From assembly GCF_964213995.1 (NCBI RefSeq), contig NC_135809.1, positions 136,834,001-136,898,000 of the forward strand: a stretch of DNA of 64,000 nt, read 5' to 3'. The stretch comes from Mustelus asterias (lineage: Eukaryota). Shown here one piece after another: positions 12,141 through 24,461 of the stretch. Numbering within the stretch: position 1 is the first letter of the stretch; each line of letters starts with the position of its first letter. Made by a program: the position numbers and the translations under genes. The notes under the pieces are model-generated. The model was given only the letters and a program-made list of their open reading frames with translations. It ran no database searches and had not been told where the DNA came from.

Positions 12141-13068
12141 AAACCACGAGAAGAGAAAATAAATGTACTAACATCCAGCCATCACTTTAAAAAAAATGAA
12201 TAAGAAATATTTGACTTTTGTGAACATCCCTGCCTTGAAGTGAAAGTGAATGGGTTCTAAATTGCTGATCAGTCTGAATGAACAAAAGACGATCTCAGCT
12301 GATCTCAAATAGCTGGTTCAATATGACTGAATAAAAACCCCTACCATTGCCAGATTTAGGTTCATTTCATACTTTCTCTCGCTTTTTGTTGTTCTGGAGT
12401 ATCAAAAAGCAATCTCCTCACTGAGCCACATATTTCACTTTGTAATTGAACATGGCTGAGGGTGAATAATCGGTGTGAATTTTGCTGCACTCATCACTCT
12501 CAGGATGTTCACTCAATCTTACTGATCGGCCGAAAGCTTCTGTCCTCGATCGCGGCTGAGATTTCCCGGTGTTGATTTGATTTGATGCTGACAGTGAACG
12601 GAGTTTGGACTGGAACACCAAATATTCCACTCTCATTCTATTTAATTATTAGTCACACGTAGGCTTACATTAACACTGCAATGAAGTTACTGTGTAATTC
12701 CCTTCGTCGCCACACTCTAGCGCCTGTTCGGGTCAATGCACCTAACCAGCAAGTCTTTCAGACTGTGGGAGGAAACCGAAGCACCCGGAGTAAACCAAAC
12801 CTTTTAACCAGGCTGCCTCAGCACCCAGCCCTCAACCTAACCCTAACCCTAACCTCAATGCAACCACTGTGTTTGCCTCTGCACAGTTTCTGGGGTCATC
12901 AGACCCACCACAATTACCCTCACCGCCACGACCTTGTCTTATTCATCATTTTGTCCAATCACAGCGATTTGTTAGGAATGAGCAGAATAAATCCCTGTTT
13001 ATTGCACCTTTGCAGAGGACGGTCACCTCAGCACCTCACTGTACCGCAAGCCCACGGATAACCTCACG

Positions 13069-13947
13069 ATGCTCCACTTCTCCAGCTTCTACCCTAAACA
13101 CGTTAAAGAAGCCATCCCCTATGGACAAGCGCTCCGTATACACAGGATCTGCTCAGATGAGGAGGATCGCAACAGACACCTCCAGACGCTGAAAGATGCC
13201 CTCATAAGAACAGGATATGGCGCTCGACCCATCGATCGACAGTTCCGATGCGCCACAGCGAAAAACCGCACCGACCTCCTCAGAAGACAAACACGGGACA
13301 CGGCGGACAGAGTACCCTTCGTCGTCCAGTACTTCCCCAGAGCGGAGAAGCTACGACATCTCCTCCGGAGCCTTCAACATGTCATTGATGAAGACGAACA
13401 TCTCGCCAAGGCCATCCCCACACCCCCATTTCTTGCCTTCAAACAACCACACAATGTCAAACAGACCATTGTCCGCAGCAAACTACCCAGCCTTCAGGAA
13501 AACAGTGACTACGACACCACACAACCCTGCCACAGCAACCTCTGCAAGACATGCCAGATCATCAACATGGATGCCATCATCTCACATGAGAACACCATCC
13601 ACCAGGTACATGGTACATACTCTTGCAACTTGGCCAACGTTGTCGACCTGATACGCTGCAGGAAAGGATGTCCCGAGGCATGGTACATTGGGGAAACCAT
13701 GCAGACGCTGCGACAACGGATGAATGAACACCGCTCGACAATCACCAGGCAAGACTGTTCTCTTCCTGTTGGGGAACACTTCAGCGGTCACGGGCATTCA
13801 GCCTCTGATCTTCGGGTAAGCGTTCTCCAAGGCGGCCTTCACAACACACGACAGCGCAGAGTCGCTGAGCAGAGACTGATAGCCAAGTTCCGCACACATG
13901 AGGACGGCCTCAACCAGGATCTTGGGTTCATGTCACACTATCTGTAA
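13069..13947 (+). pseudogene. PLE ORF C-terminus: RT thumb + GIY-YIG endonuclease
   Basis: IPYGQALRIHRICS, PCHSNLCKTC, NVVDLIRC..YIGET..LRQRMNEHR..E..GLN; the first GIY tyrosine position reads D. Confidence 0.9.
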
Positions 13948-14156
13948 CCCCCACGACTTGCCTGGACTTGCAAAATCTCACTAACTGTCCTGTCTGGAGA
14001 CAATACACATCTCTTTAACCTGTGCTTAACGCTCTCTCCACTCACATTGTCTGTATCTTTGAGACTTGATTACCTGTAAAGACTCGCATTCCAAACATTA
14101 TTTTGTAAATTGAGTTTGTGTCTTTATATGCCCTGTTTGTGAACAGAACTCCCACT

Positions 14157-14191
14157 CACCTGACGAAGGGGCAGCGCTCCGAAAGCTAGTG
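14157..14191 (+). ncRNA. minimal type-I hammerhead ribozyme motif
   Basis: cac-CTGACGA-a-ggggc-agc-gctcc-GAAA-GCTA-gtg. Confidence 0.8.
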
Positions 14192-14306
14192 GCTTTTGCT
14201 ACCAAAAAAACCTGTTGGACTTTAACCTGGTGTTGTGAGACTTCTTACTGTGTTTACCCCAGTCCAATGCCGGCATCTCCACATTATTGCAGCTTTATAC
14301 ATTCTC

Positions 14307-14481
14307 CAATTTTGTCTTTTAAAAAGCATTTAGACAGTTACACGGGTACGATGGGTATAGAGGGATATGGGCCAAATGCGGGCAATTGGGATTAGTTTAG
14401 GGGTTTTTAAAAAAAGGGTGGCATGGACAAGTTGGGCCGAAGGGCCTGTTTCCATGCTGTAAACCTCTATGACTCTATGAC
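14307..14481 (+). mobile_element. CR1 extreme 3' fragment
   Basis: matches 31290-31470 and 58280-58450; (CTCTATGA)n tail; ctccaa on both flanks. Confidence 0.85.
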
Positions 14482-15739
14482 TCCAACCTCACCCATGGCT
14501 GGGTCTCTCCAGTCCTGCTGCAGTGAATGGAGACTTGGCTGAGCGCCAAATTCTGCATTCTCGTTGGCAGCGGCAGGGGGGCATGCGACATCGTAGAATT
14601 GTGGCCAAAATATGCAGACACGGAGAGAATGTGCAAAGTCCACACAGACAGTGACCCAAGCCTGGAATCGAACCCAGGTTCCTGGTGCTGTGAAGCAGCG
14701 GGGCTACTGCACCATGCTCGTGACAGGTCCCGCCACGGACGAGACCAGAGAATCCCAACCAGTTTTTCTTGAGCCTGGATCTGGGGTCTTTACTTCCCTC
14801 TGCCCGTGTTCTCTGCCTCTAACTCTCAGTGCCACATGCAAACAAGCTGAATACCGCACTCAAGAGGAAGATATAACCTTCAGTTTGAAGTTTGACAGTC
14901 GGGTTAATGTTAATGCACAATGATGAATACTTACTGTGACAGATTGCTTTTTGATGGTCTGAGACTTTCTTTTTTTCTTCTGTGTTTGCACTATTCCATA
15001 AAATAATGTAAACTGGAGGAGCTATCATTCTGAGGAAAGTAAATGCTCAGCCGTGTGTTAGGAGGTGACTGGCAGCGAGTTGGGAGCATTACCTTGGTGG
15101 TGAAGCTGTCAGAACAGCCTTTGCTGAACAACAGCGGAAGAATGCAAAACCACCCATATTCAAAAACACAACTGGCTTTTAACATAAAACGTGCTTGCTG
15201 TCCATGTTCAAAACTAATATTGCGCAGCGTGAAAGTTGTCCAATGTCCGATTTCACTGGAAATGATTGGTTTCCATAGCAGCCGCCTGAAAGCTGTATTC
15301 AGCATCATCATGGATGGGAAGCAAGGTGGAATCTACCTCCTGTCTTAAATACCTGAAAGTAGCAAAAAATGTCCAATGTACAGTGTGTTTGAATACATTG
15401 AATAAAGCTTTGTTTTATAAATGCAGAATGTTCTCTAAAATAGATTACAGTTTGATATCTTCAGAAAAAGAGCATAGGTTTTAACTGTTAATGAAAGTCT
15501 GCACTGGCCTGACATATAAATTCCCCGTCTAGGGAATATAAATTAACTGGGACACATTTTGGGGGTGTGAAAGTGGCAGAGATCACAGCCCAAGCTGAAA
15601 CGGGAAGATGTGTGATTAGCCCGAAAAGCAACCTCTTTAATATTAATTAGTGAAATTTTGGTACCTGCTACATTACGCGGGCAGCTCACTCATTCGAAGA
15701 AATTCATTTCACGTTGCTTGCCTTGCCAGCAGCAACCAA

Positions 15740-17170
15740 AGGCTATGTTATTGTATGGAGAGCTGAGAATTATGCAGTCGTTGCAATGGGAGATTTCAAT
15801 TATCCAAATACAGAGACTGGGATAGTATTAGTGTAAAGGGCTGGGAGGGAAAGAGTTGTTAGCTTGTGGTCAGGAAAATGTTCCGCAGTAATATGTTTCC
15901 AGTCCGTTAATAAAGGAGGTGTGGCTAGATTGGGTTTTTGGAAATGAAGCGAGCCCAGTGAGTCAATTTCAGTGGGGGAGCCTTTAGGGAAGAGTGATCA
16001 CTGTATCATAAGGTTTAGGTTTGTTATGGAAAAGAGCATGGAGCAATCCAGAATAAGAATAATGAAGTGGAAAATCACCCATAGAACATAGAACAGTACA
16101 GCACAGAACAGGCCCTTCGGCCCACGATGTTGTGCCGAGCTTTATCTGAAACCAAGATCAAGCTATCCCACTCCCTATCATCCTGGTGTGCTCCATGTGC
16201 CTATCCAATAACCGCTTAAATGTTCCTAAAGTGTCTGACTCCACTATCACTGCAGGCAGTCCATTCCACACCCCAACCACTCTCTGCGTAAAGAACCTAC
16301 CTCTGATATCCTTCCTGTATCTCCCACCACGAACCCTATAGTTATGCCCCCTTGTAATAGCTCCATCCACCCGAGGAAATAGTCTTTGAACGTTCACTCT
16401 ATCTATCCCCTTCATCATTTTATAAACCTCTATTAAGTCTCCCCTCAGCCTCCTCCGCTCCAGAGAGAACAGCCCTAGCTCCCTCAACCTTTCCTCATAA
16501 GACCTACCCTCCAAACCAGGCAGCATCCTGGTAAATCTCCTCTGCACTCTTTCCAGCGCTTCCACATCCTTCTTATAGTGAGGTGACCAGAACTGCACAC
16601 AATATTCCAAATGTGGTCTCACCAAGGTCCTGTACAGTTGCAGCATAACCCCACGGCTCTTAAACTCCAACCCCCTGTTAATAAAAGCTAACACACTATA
16701 GGCCTTCTTCACAGCTCTATCCACTTGAGTGGCAACCTTTAGAGATCTGTGGATATGAACCCCAAGATCTCTCTGTTCCTCCACAGTCTTCAGAACCCTA
16801 CCTTTGACCCTGTAATCCACATTTAAATTAGTCCGACCAAAATGAATCACCTCACATTTATCAGGGTTAAACTCCATTTGCCATTTTTCAGCCCAGCTTT
16901 GCATCCTATCTATGTCTCTTTGCAGCCTACAACAGCCCTCCAAAACCAGGATGGTAAAAAAGAAAGAAATTGAGATGATAAAGAAAAAATGTGCTTATGA
17001 CAGATGTCAGGCAAACAATGCAAATGAGAATGAGGCTGAATATAGAAGGGGAAGAGAAAAAGCCAGTAAGAGAAGCACAGAGACTATGATATGAGACGTA
17101 CAGTTAATACCAAAGAAAATCAACAAGTCTTCTATCGTAAAGGGTGATTAAAGGAGGAGTGGACCTGTTT
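15740..17170 (+). mobile_element. old degenerate CR1 ORF2 fragment interrupted by a younger CR1
   Basis: atgggagatttcaattatcc (MGDFNYP), agtgatcac (SDH) and aaagaaaatc..aag remnants. Confidence 0.6.
16081..16940 (-). mobile_element. young CR1 3' fragment with an uninterrupted reading frame
   Basis: ORF 16158..16943 is intact; near-identical to 35774-36138 and 48463-48986. Confidence 0.95.
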
Positions 17171-17496
17171 AAGGACATCCCCCCATCGGCCACCCCCCAT
17201 TGACCACCCCATAGATACCCCATCAATGCACTCACTGCCATTAACCACCTCCCACATCGGCCATCACCCCATCACACATTATCTTATAAAGTTACCCTCT
17301 CCCCAGCTTCCCAAAGTGGCTGGACCTTTCACCTTCTCTGCTTGACAGCAGCTAGTGCTGAAAAAAAAGGGAGTATGTCTTCCATATCTCTGACCCCCTC
17401 AGCCCTTGAAGCAAGGCCTCAGGAACTTGCTGCACCACATTCTTCTCAATGGGTATGAGACAGAAGAATAGGGTGAGAAAGGTGCGCGTTCACTTC

Positions 17497-17843
17497 CATA
17501 GAATCATAGAAACCCTACAGTACAGAAGGAGGCCATTCGGCCCATCGAGTCTGCACCGACCACAATCCCACCCAGGCCCTACCCCCACATATTTTACCCA
17601 CTAATCCCTCTAACCTACGCATCTCAGGACCCTAAGGGGCAATTTTTTTTTTTAACCTGGCCAATCAACCTAACCTGCACATCTTTGGACTGTGGGAGGA
17701 AACCGGAGCACCCGGAGGAAACCCACGCAGACACGAGGAGAATGTGCAAACTCCACACAAACAATGACCCGAGCCGGGAATCGAACCCGGGACCCTGGAG
17801 CTGTGAAGCAGCAGTGCTAACCACTGTGCTACCGTGCCGCCCC
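17497..17843 (-). mobile_element. full-length HE1-type V-SINE
   Basis: gggcggcacggtagcacagtggttagc head, ggttcgattccc B-box, V-core, (TTCTATGA)n tail. Confidence 0.92.
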
Positions 17844-19181
17844 AGATGTGTAATCGGAGCAGACTGGCAATCCAACTCGGATTGTTACCTCCACAGTGGT
17901 TCAGGGCTAACATTTTTTAAAAATAGACATTTGGAGGTGTTTACCAAACTCAGCAGTTCTGTTCCAGTTAGTGCCAGATACACCTGTTAAATATACTTCA
18001 TAAGTTACCCAAACTTAATGTTGGGTGGAACACCTTTGAGAGTGTTTAGGTTCGGGGTGTTGTTCTCTGATACTGGTGCTTGTTGGACATGCTTTGTGCC
18101 TGGACAATAGATGCAATGAGATGCAATTGTTTAACCTCAGTCAGGCGGATTATGGCCCTATCTCTTCACTCAATGCTGACAGGTTCTAAGCTTCTGCACT
18201 CCTGCATTCCAATTGGCTGTGATTCTGCCATTGTCGCCATGACAATGACATGTCGACCACTTCAAGCAGAGGATACAACATTTTGAATTTCTGGACATTG
18301 GTGAGATTAGCTTAAGTATGTGTATATTTATCAGACCTTCACCATAAAAAAAAGCCCCCCAAACAAATTGTCACTGGGCTCTTGAGAGCCCTCCCGCATG
18401 GAGCTCCCCAGAGGGGAGGGGGGCCCTGACAGTGCCCCCCGCACTTCCCCTGGCACCCAGAATTGTCCCCTGGCACTGCCCCTAGCACTGCTCCCAGCAC
18501 TGCTGCTGGCTTCCTGGCACACTGCCAGTGTGTCATGGGGCTGTGCTCAGGCCAGTGCCGTGAAAGTTCCGGGATATGTGTACATCCATTCCAAGATCCC
18601 TCACTTCGTCGGTGCCACTCATATCCTCCCAAATAGTTGAATTTCCAACACTGATCCATGCAGACCCCACTATTCACTGCCTGCCAACTTGAAAAGCCCT
18701 GTTTATGCCCAATCTCTGCTTTCTACCTTTTAACCAATCCTCTATCTATATTAATATATTACCCAGTCTACTGTGAAGACAGGCAGAAAATACTTGATCA
18801 ATGTCTTGGCTATTTCCACATTCCCCATAATCATTTCTATTGTCTCTGCTTCTAAGGGACCAATGTTTACTTTAGTACAAGCTGTTTTTCTATTTGTGTG
18901 CACTTACTCTCATATTTTATTTTTATTCCCCTTTTTATCAACCTTTTGGTTAATAAAACCTCTGCTGGTTTCTAAAACACTTCAGACTTGCCACTGTTAT
19001 CTGCCACATTATAAGCCTCTTCCATTTAATCTAACACTATCTTTGTAACTTCTTGAGTGAATCATAGGTGGATCATTCCTGCTAAGGTTTTATTTGACTC
19101 ATTTCTTAGAGTTCTTTCGATGGAGTAACAAGCTAGATAAATAATGGGAACCTCTCAATGTCGTGTACTTGGATTTATATG

Positions 19182-19995
19182 TGTTATGTTTCAGATCAGA
19201 AACTCCAAAGTGTTTTATGGAGTCTGTCTGGATCATAAGCTTTACATCTTGAATTTGGCTCGGATATGCAGGACATGTTTAATTTCAGGTGTGATTCAAA
19301 TGACCCACTAGGGAGCTTTTATCAAACAAAGTTTATTTAGGAATATATTTAACATGTATAGTAAGAAAATTAGCAAGAACTTCTTTCAATTACAAACAAG
19401 AAACAGAACAACCAGCATAATGTACAACCCTTAACAAATACATCTAATGTGTTCCAATCAAAATGAAGCTTCCTTTAGACAAAACCTTTTAAACAGTTCA
19501 AAACAGCAAAGACTAATGCTCACGTGATACTGGACTTGAGTCCTTTGGATGAAGTCTGCAGCTCTGTGGTTAGACTGAGAACAGTTTGAAGTCAGAACAG
19601 ATTCCCAAAGCACCAGGGACTCTCGGCAAACCACCAACAGCAGATTCACCCCCTTCACAAAAACAAGACCTTACTTTCAGATAACCAGCAGAATTTCCAA
19701 AACCAGGGAGAGACTTCTTTTCAGCTTGATTCCCCATCTAAAACTAAAACTCAAACTGCAGCTCCAAACTGAAAATGAAAAAACTCCTGTCACCTGACCT
19801 GTCAACCAGTTTTTCTCCTAACAATGCAGAATCATAATGCCCCAGTAAAAATAAACAAACCCCCGTTTAACCAGCAATAAAATACTCTCATAGACAGCCC
19901 GGCAACCATGAGAAAAACAAACTGACAACATTTGCTTATAACTGCAGAGTATACGATTAAAAAAAACACCTTTCTCCAGGTACACTAACGTCACA
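19182..19995 (-). mobile_element. solo LTR (family 1) inserted in an old CR1 RT fragment
   Basis: TGT...ACA ends; collinear with 54645-55445; AATAAA on the minus strand. Confidence 0.75.
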
Positions 19996-20254
19996 CAAGA
20001 GGGAGTTGATATGCTGCCACATCAAAAGTTACTACACAACATCGGATCTTGTGGCATGGTGGGTAACATATTAGCACAGATAGAGGCAGTCCAAGGTCCC
20101 GAGGGGGGAAGTGGGGCAGGAAAGAAAGTGAAGTTGAGGCCACAATCAGATCAGTTAGATCTTACTGAATGGCAGAGCAGGCTTGGGTGACCTACTCATG
20201 CTCCTAAATCGTATGTATGTTCATATGTACATGTGTATCAATGTAATCAGAGAA

Positions 20255-20690
20255 AACAGGGCAAAATGAACCCCAGAAAAGAAGTTTTGATGGCTTGGCG
20301 AGGAATGTTGTTTACAGATAGGTTTTAATGAGTGTCTTAGTGCAGGAGGGAAAAGTCGAGAGGTTTAGGGTTGGAATTCTGGGGATTAAGGCCATGACGG
20401 CTGAAGGAACAGCGGCCCAGTAAGGAGTAACATATGAGGCTGCAGTTGGAGTAACAGGGAGTAGCTGGGCTGACTGCAATCTCAGGAAATGATTTAAATA
20501 ATGAGGGTGAGCATTTTAAATTGGATGATGGACGAGTGCCAGTGAGGATCAGTGAGCAGAGGGGAGATGGTGCAGGTTCGAAAGCAGAGTTTGGAATCAA
20601 TTCAAGTTTGGAAAGTGGAAAATGGGAGCGAGCCAGGAAAGGCTGACACGGAGAGGTCTGTGAGTGAAAACGCATTGAAACCCATATGTT
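20255..20690 (-). mobile_element. degenerate L2-like LINE fragment
   Basis: resembles decayed L2 ORF2 C-terminal sequence (recognised by eye only). Confidence 0.45.
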
Positions 20691-20894
20691 CAACTGAATT
20701 AAAAGTAAAATTTATTTTGTAGAAAACTCTTGCAGTATGACTGGCTTCATAGCGAATCACGCTGTCAGAATTCATGCATACTACCCAAACTGACAAAGGA
20801 TTATCTCTGAAATATTAATGCTTTCCTCTTCACAGATGTTGCTGACCTGCTGAGTGTTTCTGCATTTTCTGTTTTGCCTCAGGTTTGCAGCATT

Positions 20895-21540
20895 GGACAC
20901 AGCCCCTCCCCCCCACAACCCCTCCCCCCTCCCCCACACAGCCCCTCCCCCTCCCCCACACAGCCCCTCCCCCCTCCCACACACAGCCCCTCTGCCACAC
21001 AGCCCCTCCCCCCACACAGCACATCCCCCACACAGCCCCTCCCCTCCCCCACACAGCCCCTCTCCCACACACACCCCCTCCACTGCACAGCCCCTCCTCC
21101 ACACACAGCCCTTCCCCCACACAGCCCCTCCCCCTCACAGCTCCTCCCCTTCCCCCCACACAGCACCACCCCCACACAGCCCATCCCCCTCCCCAACACA
21201 GCCTCTCCCACTCCCTCAACACAGCCCCTCCCCCTCCCCCCACACAGCCCCTCCCCTCCCCCCCCACAGCACCACCCCCACACAGCCCCTCCCCCTCCCC
21301 AGCACAGCCCTTCCCCCCCTCTGCCCACACAGACCCTCCCCCTCCTCTCACAGTCTCCCCCACACAGCCCCCATTCCTTTCCTGCACATAGCTCCTCCCC
21401 CCACACACAGCACCGATCCCTTTCCCCCACACAGCCACCACCCTCTCCCACACACAGCCCCACCTCCTCCCCCTACAGTCCCTCCTCCCTTCCCCCACAC
21501 AGCCCCACCCCACAAAACACTCCCCCCACCCTCACCTTTC
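20895..21540. repeat. C-rich minisatellite, unit about cacacagcccctccccc
   Basis: many imperfect 15-22 bp units; the Pro/Gly-rich ORFs here are artefacts of the repeat. Confidence 0.95.
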
Positions 21541-21819
21541 CCAGCAGGGTTGCCACTCGAACATTCTCTTAACGGCTATAATAAAACCCATTCCCCCGGC
21601 CTCTTCCTCTTTGAATTTTCTCTGTTCTTTACTGAATGGAAATATCAAAATGGGACAATTGACTTAAGGTCATGTCTGTTTCATTCTTTGAACCAAGCAT
21701 TCTTCACACAGCTGTTCCTTTTTCTACACCCCTTACTGCTTTGAGAGAATATTAATTGACTCTGACATTAAGATTGATTTTGATTTCCTGTCCGTGTATC
21801 TATTGCAAAATCCTTCTTT

Positions 21820-22262
21820 AGAAACATAGAAGATAGGAGCAGGAGGAGGCCATTTGGCCCTTTGAACCTCCTCTGCCATTCATCACCATCATGGCTGATC
21901 ATCCAACTCAATAGCCTAATCCTATTTTCTCCCCATAACCTTTGATCCCATTTGCCCCAAGTGCTATATCCAGCCGCCTCTTGAATACATTTAATATTTT
22001 GGCATCAACTACTTCCTGTGGGAATGAATTCCACAGTCTCACCACTCTTTGGCTGAAGAAATGTCTCCTCACCTTTGTCCGAAATGGTCTACCCCGAATC
22101 ATCAGACTGTGATTCCTGGTTCTGGACTCCCCCCACCATTGGGAGTATCTTCCCTCTATCTACCCTTTCTAATCCTGTTAGAATTGTATAAGTCTCCATG
22201 AGATCCCCTCTCATTCGTCTGAACTCCAGCAAAAACAATCCTAACCCAGTCAATCTCTCTAT
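21820..22262 (-). mobile_element. CR1 3' fragment
   Basis: FRRMRGDL..RVVRLWNS motifs and CR1 tail. Confidence 0.88.
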
Positions 22263-22609
22263 TGTCTTTATCTGCTGGATCAGCAACTACTTATTCCACA
22301 GAACTCTTCTTGCAACTTTAACAGTGGAATCTCGAAATAGTAACTTTAATCACACGTTGGTATATTACCTGTGTATTATACTATAGGTCAATATGAGATG
22401 ACAATCCAGTTTACTAACTGCCTTTATTCAAAGGGCAGGATTTATCTTCCTCTCTGCCGTGTATTCCATGGCGGTGGGATGTGGCCACTTGCAGGATCTT
22501 ATGGACCCGCAATGGAGTTTCCTGTTGAATGCATTCCTCGCCTCTGGGAAACCCGTGGCACGGGTACGGCATCGGCGGGACCGTAAGATCACATCGACGT
22601 GACGAACAG

Positions 22610-23735
22610 CAAGATTTTGGTGAAAGGATGCAAGCTGGCAAACAACTCTTAAAAACAATATTTGAGGACCAACATCTCAAGTGTATCAGGCAAGCAATGA
22701 TCCCCATGCTCTTATATGCTTTGGAGTTCGGGACAACATACAACAGGCACTGCAAAGCACTGGGGAAATATCACCAGTGGTGCCTTGGCAAGATCCTCCA
22801 AATTGGGGAACAGGAAATACAGTCCAACAGGAGCAACTTCCCCCAAACCAACATGCCCAATGTCGAGGTGCAAATCACTCAGAGCCAGCTCTGCTTGACA
22901 GGGCATGTTTCTTGTGTTCCTGACATCAGACTCCCCACTACAAAGGGTCGTGAATGTAGCCCAATCCATCATCCGAACCAGCCTCCCATCCATTGACTCT
23001 ACCTCGGGAAAGCAGCCAGCATAATTAAGGACCCCTCGCACCCAGACATTTTCTCTTCCACCTTCTTCCATCGGGAAAATGATACAGAAGTCTGAGATCA
23101 CGTACCAACCGACTCAAGAACAGCTTCTTCCTTGCTGCCAACAGACTTTTGAATGGACTTACCTTGCATTCAGTTAATCTTTCTCTACACCCTAGCTATG
23201 ACTGTAACACTACATTCTGCACGCTCCTCTTTCCTTCTCTATGAACGGTATGCCCTGTCTGTATAGCATACAAGAAATAATACTTTTCACTTAATACCAA
23301 TACAGGTGACAATAATAAATCAAACCAAATCAACACAACTACCCTACTCGGCACTTGGTCATGTTATGAGACTCACAGGAGCACAGTGGAAACACTTTAG
23401 GGATGTCCTCAGAGAACTGCTGAAGAGATCAAAGACCCGGCCAACTTCAGGGAGTCCCTACTTTCTGACTGAACAAAATGAAGAAGGTTCATTCAGGAAG
23501 GACACATCGAGAGACTATATTAAGAATACACAGAGGAGAAGCCAAGGCATCGGAGTGGGAGCACACAAGCCTCCAAACAACTCAACTGCCCAACCCGCCA
23601 AGCATCACCTGCCCCAAATGTGGCAGAGTCTGCAGTTGGCACAATGGATTCATCAGCTATCTTGGAACCCACTGAACTGGAGTGGAAGCAAATGCACCTC
23701 GGAAACGAGTGACTGCCTAAGGAGGAGAAGATAGA
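22610..23735 (+). mobile_element. RTE-clade LINE 3' fragment (interrupted by Rex1)
   Basis: IPMLLYA..YHQWCLGKILQI..GHV..PDIRLP; C-terminal CPKC..H zinc-finger remnant. Confidence 0.75.
22937..23331 (+). mobile_element. Rex1/Babar 3' fragment nested in the RTE
   Basis: matches 2127-2623 and 36139-36460; gtgacaataataaatcaaa tail. Confidence 0.85.
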
Positions 23736-24461
23736 GTAAAAAACTAAATTATTTACATCAAGATTTTCAAGTCAATCACCCAAGATCAACTGGCCAAGGG
23801 GAAAAGTGTATAGAGAATGGACCATTCAGAGAATGAACAAGACATGGCTGAAAATAATTCCTCCCATCACATCATCTATCCACAATTGTCAGCATTTAAT
23901 CTGTGAATATCAATTTTCCAGATCCAAACAATCCCAACAACTTTCTTTTTGACTCCAAACTAACCTGCCCTTGACATGCCATTCAGTTTTTCATAATCTG
24001 CCCCATCACATCTCACTTTGTGTGTATGAGGATTTGCTCATTAGCGATCTTTCTTGCTCAACTTAATTTTTATCCTCAGTTTGTCAGCAGCTTGTTGGTT
24101 CTATCTGTGACTTTCTCGTGTTTTTCTGGTTTTGGCAGGTTTCCAGCATCCGTGGGTCTTATTCTCCTCAATGTTTGATGAATCATTGGAGAAACCTCTA
24201 CAAGCTCAAGGTAATTTTAAAAAAACCTTTAAAACTTTTACAACTGCTGCAAATCTTCTCTGGGAGAGCTTAGTGGGTTTTTAAAAAAACTTTCCAGGAC
24301 CTTGTTATTTTTGATCTTTGTGGTACTCACAGCAGCCAGGGTGAACTATGCAGCACCAATTATGTTTATCCTCATTGCCAATGTAATAACTTGAGGGAGG
24401 AGCAGATTTTGTGCAGGTAAACTTAAATTTTATTGAGAACATACATTGCCATGCTTGCACA

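Larger units (their letters stand above)
13007..14284 (+). mobile_element. Penelope-like retroelement, 5'-truncated
   Basis: GIY-YIG ORF, 3' terminal repeat region with a hammerhead motif, TSD TATTGCA at 13000-13006 / 14285-14291. Confidence 0.92.
12640..14720 (-). mobile_element. type-2-tail V-SINE split in two (12640-12796 and 14612-14720) by nested insertions
   Basis: core breaks at cacccggagtaaacc and resumes at atgcagacacggagagaatg. Confidence 0.85.

Noticed and set aside
12835-12854. (CCCTAA)n as a telomere-healing or fusion scar
   Set aside because: Only about three units, and a degenerate version is already in the source copy at 11808-11835.
20781-21744. Long Pro/His- and Gly/Cys-rich ORFs in several frames
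   Set aside because: They are translations of the stop-poor minisatellite and are open on both strands.
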